Source of the DNA: a virus
Lineage: Duplodnaviria; Heunggongvirae; Uroviricota; Caudoviricetes
Direction: 5' to 3' (one strand)
Virus record (IMG/VR): IMGVR_UViG_3300032167_005013
DNA length: 64,000 nucleotides
A model generated the notes under the pieces. That model was not told the origin of the DNA. It saw nothing but the letters and a program-made list of their open reading frames with translations, and did not search any database. Made by a program: the position numbers and the translations under genes. Below, in pieces: positions 41,206-51,063 of the stretch (position 1 is the first letter of the stretch; every line of letters starts with the position of its first letter).

Positions 41206-41323
41206 ATGTGATGGAGGGATTCGAACCCCCGGTCCCGGTTTAGCAAACAGTCTCAAACATTGCTGTTCATTTCCATAAGCAGGAAACTAAATTTACGGAG
41301 CATTACCACTTTGCTACATCACA
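41206..41323 (-). ncRNA. tRNA-like RNA with the anticodon arm replaced by an ACAGCAA-containing domain
   Basis: tgtgatg/catcaca acceptor; D loop agtggta; TTCGAAT T loop. Confidence 0.6.
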
Positions 41324-41336
41324 TGCCATAATTGAT

Positions 41337-41612
41337 AAAGGATATATGTGCTGTTACGCCAAAGCATTCTCGTATGTCCTACCGAAAATCGGGTTCATAA
41401 CCCCGCCATACTGCCAACTGATGAGGAATAACGGTGGACTTTTACCGAACCTCAAAAGGCAGACCAAACTCGAAGTTTGTCATGTTGTGGAATATTCCCT
41501 CACGGCACATCACCTACGGCTTTTCATCTCACGCAAGCATATCGCACTCACAGGGCACTTTCTGCGCACTCCTTAGAAAATGGCTGCTTCCAAGCCAATT
41601 TTTATATCCTTT
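41337..41612 (-). ncRNA. 23S rRNA L11-binding domain (H43/H44) mimic with a ~200-nt insertion
   Basis: TTGGCTTGGAAGCAGCCA...TAAGGAG...GCGTAACAGCAC closed by an aaaggatata/tatatccttt stem. Confidence 0.75.
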
Positions 41613-41797
41613 TCAAATGCAAATATATTGATAATATATTGAATTACCAAATATTATTTATCTAATAATAGATTTCAGATGGACAAAATCTCTGTTTTTC
41701 GTCCTGTTCTTTCCAAAATTCCTTTAATCGTTCTTCGTATTCCTTAACATCCCGGTTAAATGAGAGTGTCGGCCACTCAGGAACAAAATTTTCAAAA

Positions 41798-43335
41798 TCA
41801 CTCATTGGTTACCTCCTCCTGTACTACATGTGGTTTGTTACAATAAAAACGAACATTCTTAATGGCGGGATATACCCATTCAAAACGTTTATCCGTTTCA
41901 AGTTTCTTGATATCTTCTCTAATTTTATTAGTAAGATGCAATTCAACTGATTTAAATGTATTTATTTCATCATCTAACTCATATTCCTTCTCCCAATAAA
42001 ATGAACAACTAACAAGATGAGACGTTTCTGAATTTGACGTAATGCTACGTTCACTCATGATTTTATCATTCATCATTGTATATTGCGAAAGGACGCCAAG
42101 TTTTTCCCTGATTATCTGAAAACCGATATTAAAAAGATTAATAATCTCATCAGTTGTAAGTCTTTCAGGGTCAGCAACAGTCACCACATCATCAACCTTA
42201 ATGGTAACATGAATATTTGATTCAACTATATATCTCATATCATTTCTCTAAATGGTTCTATGTTTGAAACGAGTTCATCACCATTGTAATCGACGAATAA
42301 ATACAATTTTTCCATATCACCTCAAAAGGGCGCATACTCCCAATATAAGTCCCACCAAAACCAAAATAGCAATTCCAAGACCAAGTGGTATCCAAAGAGG
42401 GGCTGTTACCCACCACCAAGACCATGTAATCACATTAGTCAACTTAAGTACCAAGAATACAATAAAAAGTACCGACATCATCGGAAACGAAATTCTAATA
42501 GTATTTTCTGCCATATCTTTTTTAAAGTTATTTAATTATTTGTTCTTGTATGTGTTAAATCTATATCAGGAATATGAGTCTGAAGACATTCCCTAATCGC
42601 AGTCAACATCGCGTCATCATATGAATATGTACCTTCACCGAATAAATCAATTGATTTCTTTGTTCCCTCTCTATAAATCTCATAATGACAATCATACTGA
42701 GCACCATCGAACCCATCAAAACGAGGAACAACATAAATATAGAGATGATAAATCTGTCTCAACCATTTATGAACCCAATCAACACTTCTACTTGGAGAAG
42801 AATACAGGCTTCCGTTAAACCTTTCACACCGTCTTAGGAGTTCCATCATATCCTTAGGAAGAGTTTGAACTTCAATATGTTGCTTGCTTCCACAGAAATA
42901 CTCATATAATTCCTTCACATCAGCCTTATGGTATTTATAATCTGCACTATTCTTATCCTCATAGGAATATGAATAACTTCCCTCGGGGATATATCCTATT
43001 GATGGCCCAAGGTTAACTGTTTCATCAACCACAAAATACTGATGGAAATCATTTTCATCATTAACAGCAACAACGGCTAAAAAATAAGCAAAATTGTCAA
43101 GACAATCAATACACCAACTCCGTAAACTATTATCTGATGAAGTAATGTACACAACACCATAACCATGCTCATCAAGCCCCGTAAATATATATTGAGTATC
43201 ATCTGTATTAACCTCATTGTCTCCCGGACAATTATAACCTAAAATTCTTAGGGAACTTAGTGCCTTTAATACAGTACTCTTCTTATCTGCCTTGAAAAAG
43301 GCCACATATTTTGGTTTTATTTGCCTATCACCCAT
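41798..43335 (-). other. Hypothetical ORFs 41798-42238, 42317-42514 (small membrane protein), 42532-43335
   Basis: ORF track. Confidence 0.6.
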
Positions 43336-43489
43336 AAATTAAATTCTTTTACGAAGCAAATATACAAATAATGTACCAAATTAACAAAAAAATGTGAAAA
43401 ATATTTTTAACAGAATTTGTCGTTTACCTATTTATAATTAAAAGTCAAGTATTTATATTAATAACGAAAAGTAAAAATATAAAATACAT

Positions 43490-44107
43490 ATGGCTACGAA
43501 TAATAGTAATGCTATATACATGGCAAAAGAAATGCAAGATGGAGGAACATTTCTTTTTAGAGATACCATTCCTAAGATGTGCCCAACAAAAGCCCAAATT
43601 ACTGTAGCGGCAAAAACCGGCTATACTTTAACAATTCCAACTTCATATCATGCAAAACAACTTGTACCATCCAAAGATTGGTCTATGACAAAAAACATTG
43701 GTAAACTTACAATAAATATTTCCCCAAGCCCTTATTTAAATGGCCAAGGTGACTCTTCATTATGGTTAGTGCATTTCGGTAGCAGACCACAATTTACTGA
43801 TACAAAGATACATGAAAATGCCAGTTATCTTTATTGTCAAGCCGATGCTAATAATGGTGGTTTCAATAGTTCAACCACAAGCATAACAATGACTTTAATA
43901 ACATATGAAACACCAACATGGCCAACAAGTGGAACTAATCTCGTATTTCTTTCTTATGTTTGTTACACCAACGATGGAGGAGCCGCGGTTCTAAATGGTT
44001 TTTATACATCTTCAGAAGCAAGTCAATTGAATTCAGGAACTAATGTGACAGCGGGAACATGGTTTACCGTTACATATGTCTCAGCAGAAAATTGGCATGA
44101 TTATTAG
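43490..44107 (+). CDS. Ser/Thr/Asn-rich beta protein, paralogue of 19857-20447
   Basis: Shared motifs and shared flanking DNA. Confidence 0.75.
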   Translation: MATNNSNAIYMAKEMQDGGTFLFRDTIPKMCPTKAQITVAAKTGYTLTIPTSYHAKQLVPSKDWSMTKNIGKLTINISPSPYLNGQGDSSLWLVHFGSRPQFTDTKIHENASYLYCQADANNGGFNSSTTSITMTLITYETPTWPTSGTNLVFLSYVCYTNDGGAAVLNGFYTSSEASQLNSGTNVTAGTWFTVTYVSAENWHDY

Positions 44108-44176
44108 ACACATTTACTTACTTATATACTTACACGAAAAAACGGGATGTGCTTCACAGCAGGTCCCGTTTTATTT

Positions 44177-44632
44177 TTATTCATTATCGTCATCCCTCAT
44201 ATCAGGGTCATATCTTGACACGTTGTCCTTGAATTTTCTCCACCGTTCATTTTCTTCAGATTCCTGTCGTTGACGCACAGCCGTTTTCCAAGCCTGATAA
44301 TATTCCCATGCCTTTGGCTTCCAAAGAAAATTCCCATCAGCCCCTTTTAGATAGAATCCCGAGTTATCACGCTGAAGAAGGAGTTGGAAAAGCCATGCGA
44401 GGTAATACAGTCTGATTTTCGTGCCGTCAGGTTTTACCATCCATCCACCCTGTTTATATTTTCCTTCTCGAAGCAACAATTTTATGAACTCAGGCTCGAT
44501 TCCCCCGGGTATTGTATTGTTTGCCTTTACCGCAAGATTATCAAACGTTGAAAAACATTTATTGAAATAATCATAATCAACTTCCTCACCTTTCATTGTG
44601 AAGAATCTCATGGGTATTCTACTCTTTGCCAT
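44177..44632 (-). CDS. Hypothetical protein
   Basis: ORF. Confidence 0.65.
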   Translation of the reverse strand: MAKSRIPMRFFTMKGEEVDYDYFNKCFSTFDNLAVKANNTIPGGIEPEFIKLLLREGKYKQGGWMVKPDGTKIRLYYLAWLFQLLLQRDNSGFYLKGADGNFLWKPKAWEYYQAWKTAVRQRQESEENERWRKFKDNVSRYDPDMRDDDNE

Positions 44633-44637
44633 ATATC

Positions 44638-45538
44638 TTATACAAATTGAACGATTTCGTTATTTTTCTCAACCATACTTTCCACCAACGACATGTCATA
44701 ACCGAACTGCAACACAAAACGTGTTGACGGATATTCCTCAAGAGTTTCAATATTAACCCAACATAATGCAACAACGCCTTGAATTGCATGTTCCATTGAA
44801 AAACAGTTGGTATTCTGCAATGTTGTCAATTCATATTTAATCCCAATTCGTTTAACGACACTATAAGTGACTGAATCGGGCGTCAGGTCGCCACATGACG
44901 ATGGATTCGGGTCATCCCAAAACAAAGCCCACACTTCATCAGGAAACTCCGAGAAAAGAAGGTCATATTCATAAATATCACCATCACTTTTTCCCACAGG
45001 GCGAACATAAACCAATTTCAAATTACCATTCGAGTCCATCCGAATCCCCTCCAAGTTTTTCAATAAGGTTATCAATCATATCATCAGTTTCATCTACTTT
45101 CTCATAATTAAGATTCATTTCGTAGTTGAAAGACAATATTTTTCTCTCTACATATTCAAAATCCTCACCGAACTTGAACTTTGTTACCTGTTTTTCATCT
45201 TCAAACACCATACCACTGTCAATATCAAACCAACCAAGTGCGATTATTTGGTCAATACAATCTTGCATGGAGAAACAAGAATTTTTCGTCACAAGATTAA
45301 GAGGCTTTTCAAAATGGCACTCATATATTTTGGATATTGCCGACAAATCAGGCTTCACCTCAGGAATAATTGATGCTGGGCAAACATTCCAATAATCGCC
45401 CCACACAACCTCAGGAGTTTCTGAAAAATAGAAATAATATACATATTTTTCATCCAAGTTTGTTCCAACATCAGCAATAAATACAAGATAATTTCTATTC
45501 ATATTATAATAAGAAAATTTTTTTATTAAGACTTTCAT
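44638..45538 (-). other. Tandem paralogous pair (44638-~45039 and 45023-~45502)
   Basis: Both have LVxxxxVG...Y...FSExP..VW...W...CFSM...ALxW. Confidence 0.7.
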
Positions 45539-46490
45539 TCATTCTCGAACCAAAAAAACCCATTGCATTCCAAATACTGCGATTAATTACATATCTCATT
45601 TTTTTCACAGTATAGTCAAGAACAGAATAAAACCATTTCAAGGATTTACCATATATATTTTCTAAATAACCACCAACAATCTCTTCATTATCTTCAATAG
45701 TTTTTTTCAAAACTTTAATCTTTTCAAAATCTTGATAAAAATCAAGAGTTTTTATATATTCATAAACCTCATTTTTGCTATTTGTATGGTTAATGATATT
45801 TCGATATATTTCCTGTTCAAAAGCGGTCTGTTCTGTTTTAAAGGAATAATAGACAACCTGATTTATTACGGTAAAAATTTCTTTCAATTTTTTATCATCA
45901 ACACCTTCCGCATAGGCCTTACCTTGTCGTTGCCTATTTCGCAAATTATTTGTTTTATCGCTTTCATAAGAAGAAATGGAAAAGGCTCCATGTTTTAAAT
46001 ACGTCTGATATGCATGCTTAAGTTCATGTTCAATCAACCCTTCAAAGTCACTTCCAAATTTATTGAATCTAAAGTTCTCAACTGTCTTTGACAGGCCGAA
46101 AATTTTAAAAGTTAATACTCTTGGGTCGGGAGAAAAATGTATATCATTCCCCTTTAATTTGGCTTTATTAGCATACCAAAACAATATTTCTTCATTATCT
46201 GCAACACACACATCCAAATCCACCCTAATACTGAATTCATTGAAAAATAATCTATTGTATTGACAAACGATTCTTCTTACCGTACCGGGAATTTCGGGGT
46301 TATAATAACCTCTATCTGAACACAGTCTATTTTCAATTCTCTCATTAAGGTCATCAATAAATAAATCTGATTCCAATGAAACTAATTCTGATATACCATA
46401 TGATTCTTTCAGGAGAGTCTTTTCAACCAGACTCCCCAAATCATTTATATTTATATTAATAACATTGTCACACATACTAATAAATACCAA
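45504..46490 (-). CDS. HExxH metallopeptidase-like protein (paralogue 3)
   Basis: EHELKHAY...TEQTAF; LKESYGIS. Confidence 0.65.
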   Translation of the reverse strand: MVFISMCDNVINININDLGSLVEKTLLKESYGISELVSLESDLFIDDLNERIENRLCSDRGYYNPEIPGTVRRIVCQYNRLFFNEFSIRVDLDVCVADNEEILFWYANKAKLKGNDIHFSPDPRVLTFKIFGLSKTVENFRFNKFGSDFEGLIEHELKHAYQTYLKHGAFSISSYESDKTNNLRNRQRQGKAYAEGVDDKKLKEIFTVINQVVYYSFKTEQTAFEQEIYRNIINHTNSKNEVYEYIKTLDFYQDFEKIKVLKKTIEDNEEIVGGYLENIYGKSLKWFYSVLDYTVKKMRYVINRSIWNAMGFFGSRMNESLNKKIFLL

Positions 46491-47475
46491 CTAAGTTCAG
46501 AGGATAAGTAAAAGTTGCCAACTGCCCCTCAGCCAAAAATACGAGGTCATGACTATTAATATCCTCTTCCCTTCCTTTCCAAATCTTATAGAACTGAGGA
46601 TAGAAAATCTGAGAACATGATTTCAATGTCTCTTCTCCCGTAAGCAGATTTGTTCTTATATAACAATCCACAATAACGTCATTGTGATTTCTCGTTTCAA
46701 TCCTGCCCACCTTAAACAGGTCTATATGAACATCAATATCAAACTTTTCTTTTATCCGGGCCTTCCAATAGTCAAAAAGAGGTTGTGTGCCTACAGCAGG
46801 ATTTTCAGAATTGACTTCAAATATCAATTCATCAGACTTAAATGCAACCAACTTTGCGTCATATTCACTGGTAATGTTCATTATGTCTTCCATAAGAAAA
46901 GCATATATCTTTGACATAATGAATTTCTCAACAGTAATGGTTCTCTTTGGATTTAACTTACCGAAGATAACCTGCCTTGTATACTTCGAGGTTCTGAAAT
47001 ATTCAGATTCATAACCAATAAACTTATCAATGAACTCCTCATAAGTTTCAGCCTCAAGTACAATATCAGGATTAACAAATCTCAGGGCTTGAAAATTTGC
47101 CTTCTTAAGGTCAATCGAAATAAATGTCTTGCCAACTGACGACTGATTATAAATGTTCATGTCAGGGAATGACCTCATTTCCTTAGGAACCTCCCATTCT
47201 TTCATATCACGAGAATTGAAATCCTTATATGCATCAAGATTCTCCAATGTCGTGATTATATCATCCCTGATTGCAGCATATTCTTCAAGCCACAAATTCA
47301 GGTTTCCTTGGAAACGATTATCAATATCCGCAAGCAATTCGTTATATTCCTTCTTTGGAAACCAATCATATGTTTCCATATAATATTCAAAAAAGGGACT
47401 GTCAACCACATTAATGGGAAGATTATAATCCTTAACAAACCTTCTTCTAAATGATATTAAATTTCTATCAACCAT
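46477..47475 (-). CDS. Hypothetical protein with polymerase-palm-like motifs
   Basis: FISIDLKKANFQAL and FKSDELIFE. Confidence 0.5.
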   Translation of the reverse strand: MVDRNLISFRRRFVKDYNLPINVVDSPFFEYYMETYDWFPKKEYNELLADIDNRFQGNLNLWLEEYAAIRDDIITTLENLDAYKDFNSRDMKEWEVPKEMRSFPDMNIYNQSSVGKTFISIDLKKANFQALRFVNPDIVLEAETYEEFIDKFIGYESEYFRTSKYTRQVIFGKLNPKRTITVEKFIMSKIYAFLMEDIMNITSEYDAKLVAFKSDELIFEVNSENPAVGTQPLFDYWKARIKEKFDIDVHIDLFKVGRIETRNHNDVIVDCYIRTNLLTGEETLKSCSQIFYPQFYKIWKGREEDINSHDLVFLAEGQLATFTYPLNLVGIY

Positions 47476-47518
47476 AAATTTTGTATTTTCCTTAATTTAC
47501 TGCAAATACCGTGCCAAA

Positions 47519-48358
47519 CTACCTACCCAAACTCTTCAGATATTTCATCTTATCTTTCGTCATCTCATTAATGGCAAAAAACATCTGCAGCGACAAATGA
47601 GGATGATAGATATTCAATTCAGGTGGCGAATCAGGATATCTCCTGACCTGTTTCTTGGTAACCCATTCTTCAAGGGACTTCGTCTGATAGTGTTTCAATA
47701 TCGCCTCATCATATATATAAGGAGTATGGAACTCCATCGGCACTTCATTTCCAACACTGTTGCAACATTTTGTTGCATTTGACGGAGTATGACTTCCATA
47801 ACGTCGTTCAAATACGAGGGTTTCAAAACAGCCACGTCCTCTTACAAATGACTTATGATGGTTATTCTCCGGAAAAGGATATTTAATCTCTTTCTTATAA
47901 GGCATGGTCTTGGTAAATCTTTCCTGTACAGGCTTCTTCTCATAGCGAATCTTTCCGCTATCGGTATAGATTTTCCAATTTACATAAATGCATTGGAAAC
48001 CATTGAACTTCTCCTGCTGTAGATACTCACTTACATTATCAACCTTTTTCAGTTCAAGGAATTCATCAATGTCAAAAAATGCAAGCCAATCATATTCCGC
48101 ATTGTATTTGTTATAACAATTAATATAAGCGGGCCATTGGTAGCATGTCTTGCCACGACAGTCCTCGACAATGACATAACCTTCTTCAATGTAATCACCA
48201 ATCACATCTTCAAAACGTTCGCCATCAACATCATTGTTATCGTATAACACTACATTGGTGAATCCTATTTTCTTATAGTGTCCCACCCATTCCCTGATAT
48301 AATCATTTTCAAGTTTTGCGATTCCGCAAACCAATGTCTTTATTCCTGTGGTTTCCAT
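47519..48358 (-). CDS. Glycosyltransferase (GT2/GT92-like)
   Basis: YIREWVGHY...LYDNN...WLAFFDIDEFL...HYQTKS. Confidence 0.8.
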   Translation of the reverse strand: METTGIKTLVCGIAKLENDYIREWVGHYKKIGFTNVVLYDNNDVDGERFEDVIGDYIEEGYVIVEDCRGKTCYQWPAYINCYNKYNAEYDWLAFFDIDEFLELKKVDNVSEYLQQEKFNGFQCIYVNWKIYTDSGKIRYEKKPVQERFTKTMPYKKEIKYPFPENNHHKSFVRGRGCFETLVFERRYGSHTPSNATKCCNSVGNEVPMEFHTPYIYDEAILKHYQTKSLEEWVTKKQVRRYPDSPPELNIYHPHLSLQMFFAINEMTKDKMKYLKSLGR

Positions 48359-48948
48359 TCCTCAATATCGTTTTCTTTCATGAATTCTCTTATCGTTGTG
48401 CCATCATCAATTGATACACCACCATCAAGCCATACATAGCATTTGATTTCAGGATATCGTTCAATAAAATTAGCAACAGTTTCTTTTACGCAATGAGAAA
48501 GAGCAATGCCACAAAAAACAACCTCACATTCAGCATATTTGCAATTCTCAGTTGGAAAACTTGTTCGCAGTTTAATTGCATCAGCCCCATATTCTTCATA
48601 TAAATAAACTTCTCCTTTAGAGATTACATTTTTATTTTGTATTCCAATACCTACCCAATTTTCAAGCCCTTCCCTTATAAATGGTATAAACTCCTTTGGT
48701 AATGATGCACCCTCAGTATATGCGACACAATGCATAGGCCATGTGCCCTCAACACCATTTTCATCTTTATTACCAATAAAACTACAATGATTAAAAGGAT
48801 GCCAATCAACTGTAAAAATAACATCATCAAAATCAGGGATTACCTTAGCAATCTTCTCAGGAAGAACTTCTCCTCCCTTTACATATAATGCACCATCAGG
48901 ATGATAAAAGTCCTTCTGTACATCTACAACAACCAATACTTTCTTCAT
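48340..48948 (-). CDS. pncA: Nicotinamidase (isochorismatase family)
   Basis: VDVQKDF...GAL.V...DWHP..H...WPMHCV...GIALSHCV. Confidence 0.88.
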   Translation of the reverse strand: MKKVLVVVDVQKDFYHPDGALYVKGGEVLPEKIAKVIPDFDDVIFTVDWHPFNHCSFIGNKDENGVEGTWPMHCVAYTEGASLPKEFIPFIREGLENWVGIGIQNKNVISKGEVYLYEEYGADAIKLRTSFPTENCKYAECEVVFCGIALSHCVKETVANFIERYPEIKCYVWLDGGVSIDDGTTIREFMKENDIEEWKPQE

Positions 48949-49070
48949 ATTTTTATTTTTGGTACAAAGATAGGGAAATTAATAAATAAAACCAAATTTT
49001 TAGGAAACAATACACATGTTTACACAAATAGCACAAAATAAAAGGCAGGTAATTTACCTGCCTTTTTCTT

Positions 49071-49517
49071 TTATTTCAACTTTAAACTGCTAAGAATCTT
49101 ATCAATTGCAATTTCATCTTGTTTATCCTTTGAATAGAATTTCTCCAATTGATATGCTGAATCTTCAAGATGCCCAATTGCCTCCTTATAAGCAAGTTTC
49201 TTTAAAAGGTATTCGATATCCGAAAGCCAATCATCAACATGAAAACCTTGCATATTGAAAACATTGTCATAATCAGAAAAGGTTTCTTTCAGGAAAGGTA
49301 GTTTCTCAGTAACGACTGTCTTGAACTCACGATACTGATAAACCTTATGATAACACTGAAGCAATTCTCCCAACGACAATGTCTTAATGTTCTTGTCATC
49401 AAATCTGCAATTAGTCTTGAATTTATAGAATTCTGCAGGTTTGAAACTGACAAATTCTTTCTTCTTTTCTTCAATTTCTTTCAGCGCATTGCTGATTACC
49501 AAGTCTTTGTTTTCCAT
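49071..49517 (-). CDS. Hypothetical protein
   Basis: ORF followed by hairpin terminator at ~49040-49066. Confidence 0.65.
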   Translation of the reverse strand: MENKDLVISNALKEIEEKKKEFVSFKPAEFYKFKTNCRFDDKNIKTLSLGELLQCYHKVYQYREFKTVVTEKLPFLKETFSDYDNVFNMQGFHVDDWLSDIEYLLKKLAYKEAIGHLEDSAYQLEKFYSKDKQDEIAIDKILSSLKLK

Positions 49518-49740
49518 ATTTTTTAAATTTTATTTTTTATTCTATATATTCCTCTTCCATTTTGGATTTGATTTCCGCTGCTATGTGTCTATTGACACTA
49601 ATAGTTTCACCGTTATTGAAATGTACATACCAAAGATTATCATCTCCTTCTTCAAGAAAACAGATACTACTTATGGGAAAGAAAAAATATCCTACATTAA
49701 TCATATAAACTTCTTTTTAAATAATCATATAAATTTCTTT

Positions 49741-51063
49741 TTAAATGTTTTCAGGTAGCGGGGCATTTTCATTAAAACTCAATTCAGCATGAGAAATGCT
49801 TCCATTGCTTATTTTTTTCACAAACTCTCCCTTTGAATTTAAGAAACCCCCAACGTTATAGATATCATAAGAAGTCCCGCAACACATGTACTTCCAATCA
49901 TCTTTTGTTAAGTTAATGGCCGGATACTCAAATCGGTTATGCTGCACTTCTTCTCTCCTGAATCTCCCATCTTTGAATGTTAAGTATGCAACTACAGTGA
50001 AATGTATTTCAATCTGTTTTCCCTTTTCAAACTCAGCCGTAAGTTTTTCTTTCGCTTCATAATCCATGAATCCCCATTTATTGGCCGAATGTTTGTTAAG
50101 CCATTCGCTTAATAAATAACCCTGATATTTGTATTGCTTTGTACCCTTTATACATGTAATATGTTCATCTCCGGGCTTCTGTAAAAGAAGACTCATACCC
50201 CATGAATAATTGGAATCGTCAGTTTCCACGTATTTAATCCATTCGTCAAGGCCGCCTTTCAATGTAAGGGTTTTCAAATCACTTCCTTTATAGGCTGCAG
50301 TCGTTTTATAGTTTTCGACATAAGTTGCAATATCGTCTGCTGTAATGGCGTGTTCCTCAATGAGATAATCAAGTTTATCGGTTGTTTTATAACCCACAAA
50401 CTTTTTGTTTTCAACATCAACAAACGTACTCATCTTGACTAAACGTATCTGTTCATAAGTAGGTTTCGACCACCTGTTAGGGGAATATGCGTTCTTATCT
50501 TCCTTTTCCTCCCATAAATACCATTCCATCTTACCAATATAAATAAGATATGGATATTCTTTTGACTTATAAGCAGCACCAAGTTTAAGGTCTCTCACAA
50601 TTATCTTCTCCTTACGGTCCTGAAGTTCAGTGGAAAGCCTATAATCTTCAGAACAAACAGGAAGAAGAATCAATTCAGGCCCCTCCCATGCGTAAACAAA
50701 CTCACCTTCAAGACCCTTTCCTTTTGTGGAAGTGCATTCCTGCAATATGAAAAGAAGATTTTCGAGAGTGATTTCTATTTCAAATCCACGAGGGTCATAA
50801 ACTCGGCATTTTGTTTCCCTATAATTCCAACCTGATTTATAACCCCCCACACGTTTATTAAGAACAAAACCCTCAGTAGGTTTGTTTTCAAACTCACCAA
50901 TACCAAGTTCCTTGGTTCTCCAATGTTCCCATGACGTATGTTTAGCAATTTTATTCTTTTTATCAAGATAAGTCACATAAGCCAATTTTCCTGAATATGT
51001 GTTTTCTCTCTTCTGATATCCAACCCTCAATTCCTGAGGAATATTCAATCTCTCATTTGCCAT
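49741..51063 (-). CDS. Hypothetical phage protein
   Basis: 440-aa ORF; KLAYVTY...WEHWR...RVYDPRGFEIEI. Confidence 0.75.
   Translation of the reverse strand: MANERLNIPQELRVGYQKRENTYSGKLAYVTYLDKKNKIAKHTSWEHWRTKELGIGEFENKPTEGFVLNKRVGGYKSGWNYRETKCRVYDPRGFEIEITLENLLFILQECTSTKGKGLEGEFVYAWEGPELILLPVCSEDYRLSTELQDRKEKIIVRDLKLGAAYKSKEYPYLIYIGKMEWYLWEEKEDKNAYSPNRWSKPTYEQIRLVKMSTFVDVENKKFVGYKTTDKLDYLIEEHAITADDIATYVENYKTTAAYKGSDLKTLTLKGGLDEWIKYVETDDSNYSWGMSLLLQKPGDEHITCIKGTKQYKYQGYLLSEWLNKHSANKWGFMDYEAKEKLTAEFEKGKQIEIHFTVVAYLTFKDGRFRREEVQHNRFEYPAINLTKDDWKYMCCGTSYDIYNVGGFLNSKGEFVKKISNGSISHAELSFNENAPLPENI

Noticed and set aside
41337-41612. True rRNA gene, or a group I/II intron in rRNA
   Set aside because: Only H43/H44 match 23S. 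GTGCG resembles a group II 5' end, but I find no convincing domain V or group I P7 core.
19857-44107. Diversity-generating retroelement for the paralogous cassettes
   Set aside because: No reverse transcriptase, and no near-identical TR/VR pair differing at adenines.
20494-44172. Integron attC sites
   Set aside because: The palindromes lack RYYYAAC/GTTRRRY ends, and there is no integrase in the window.
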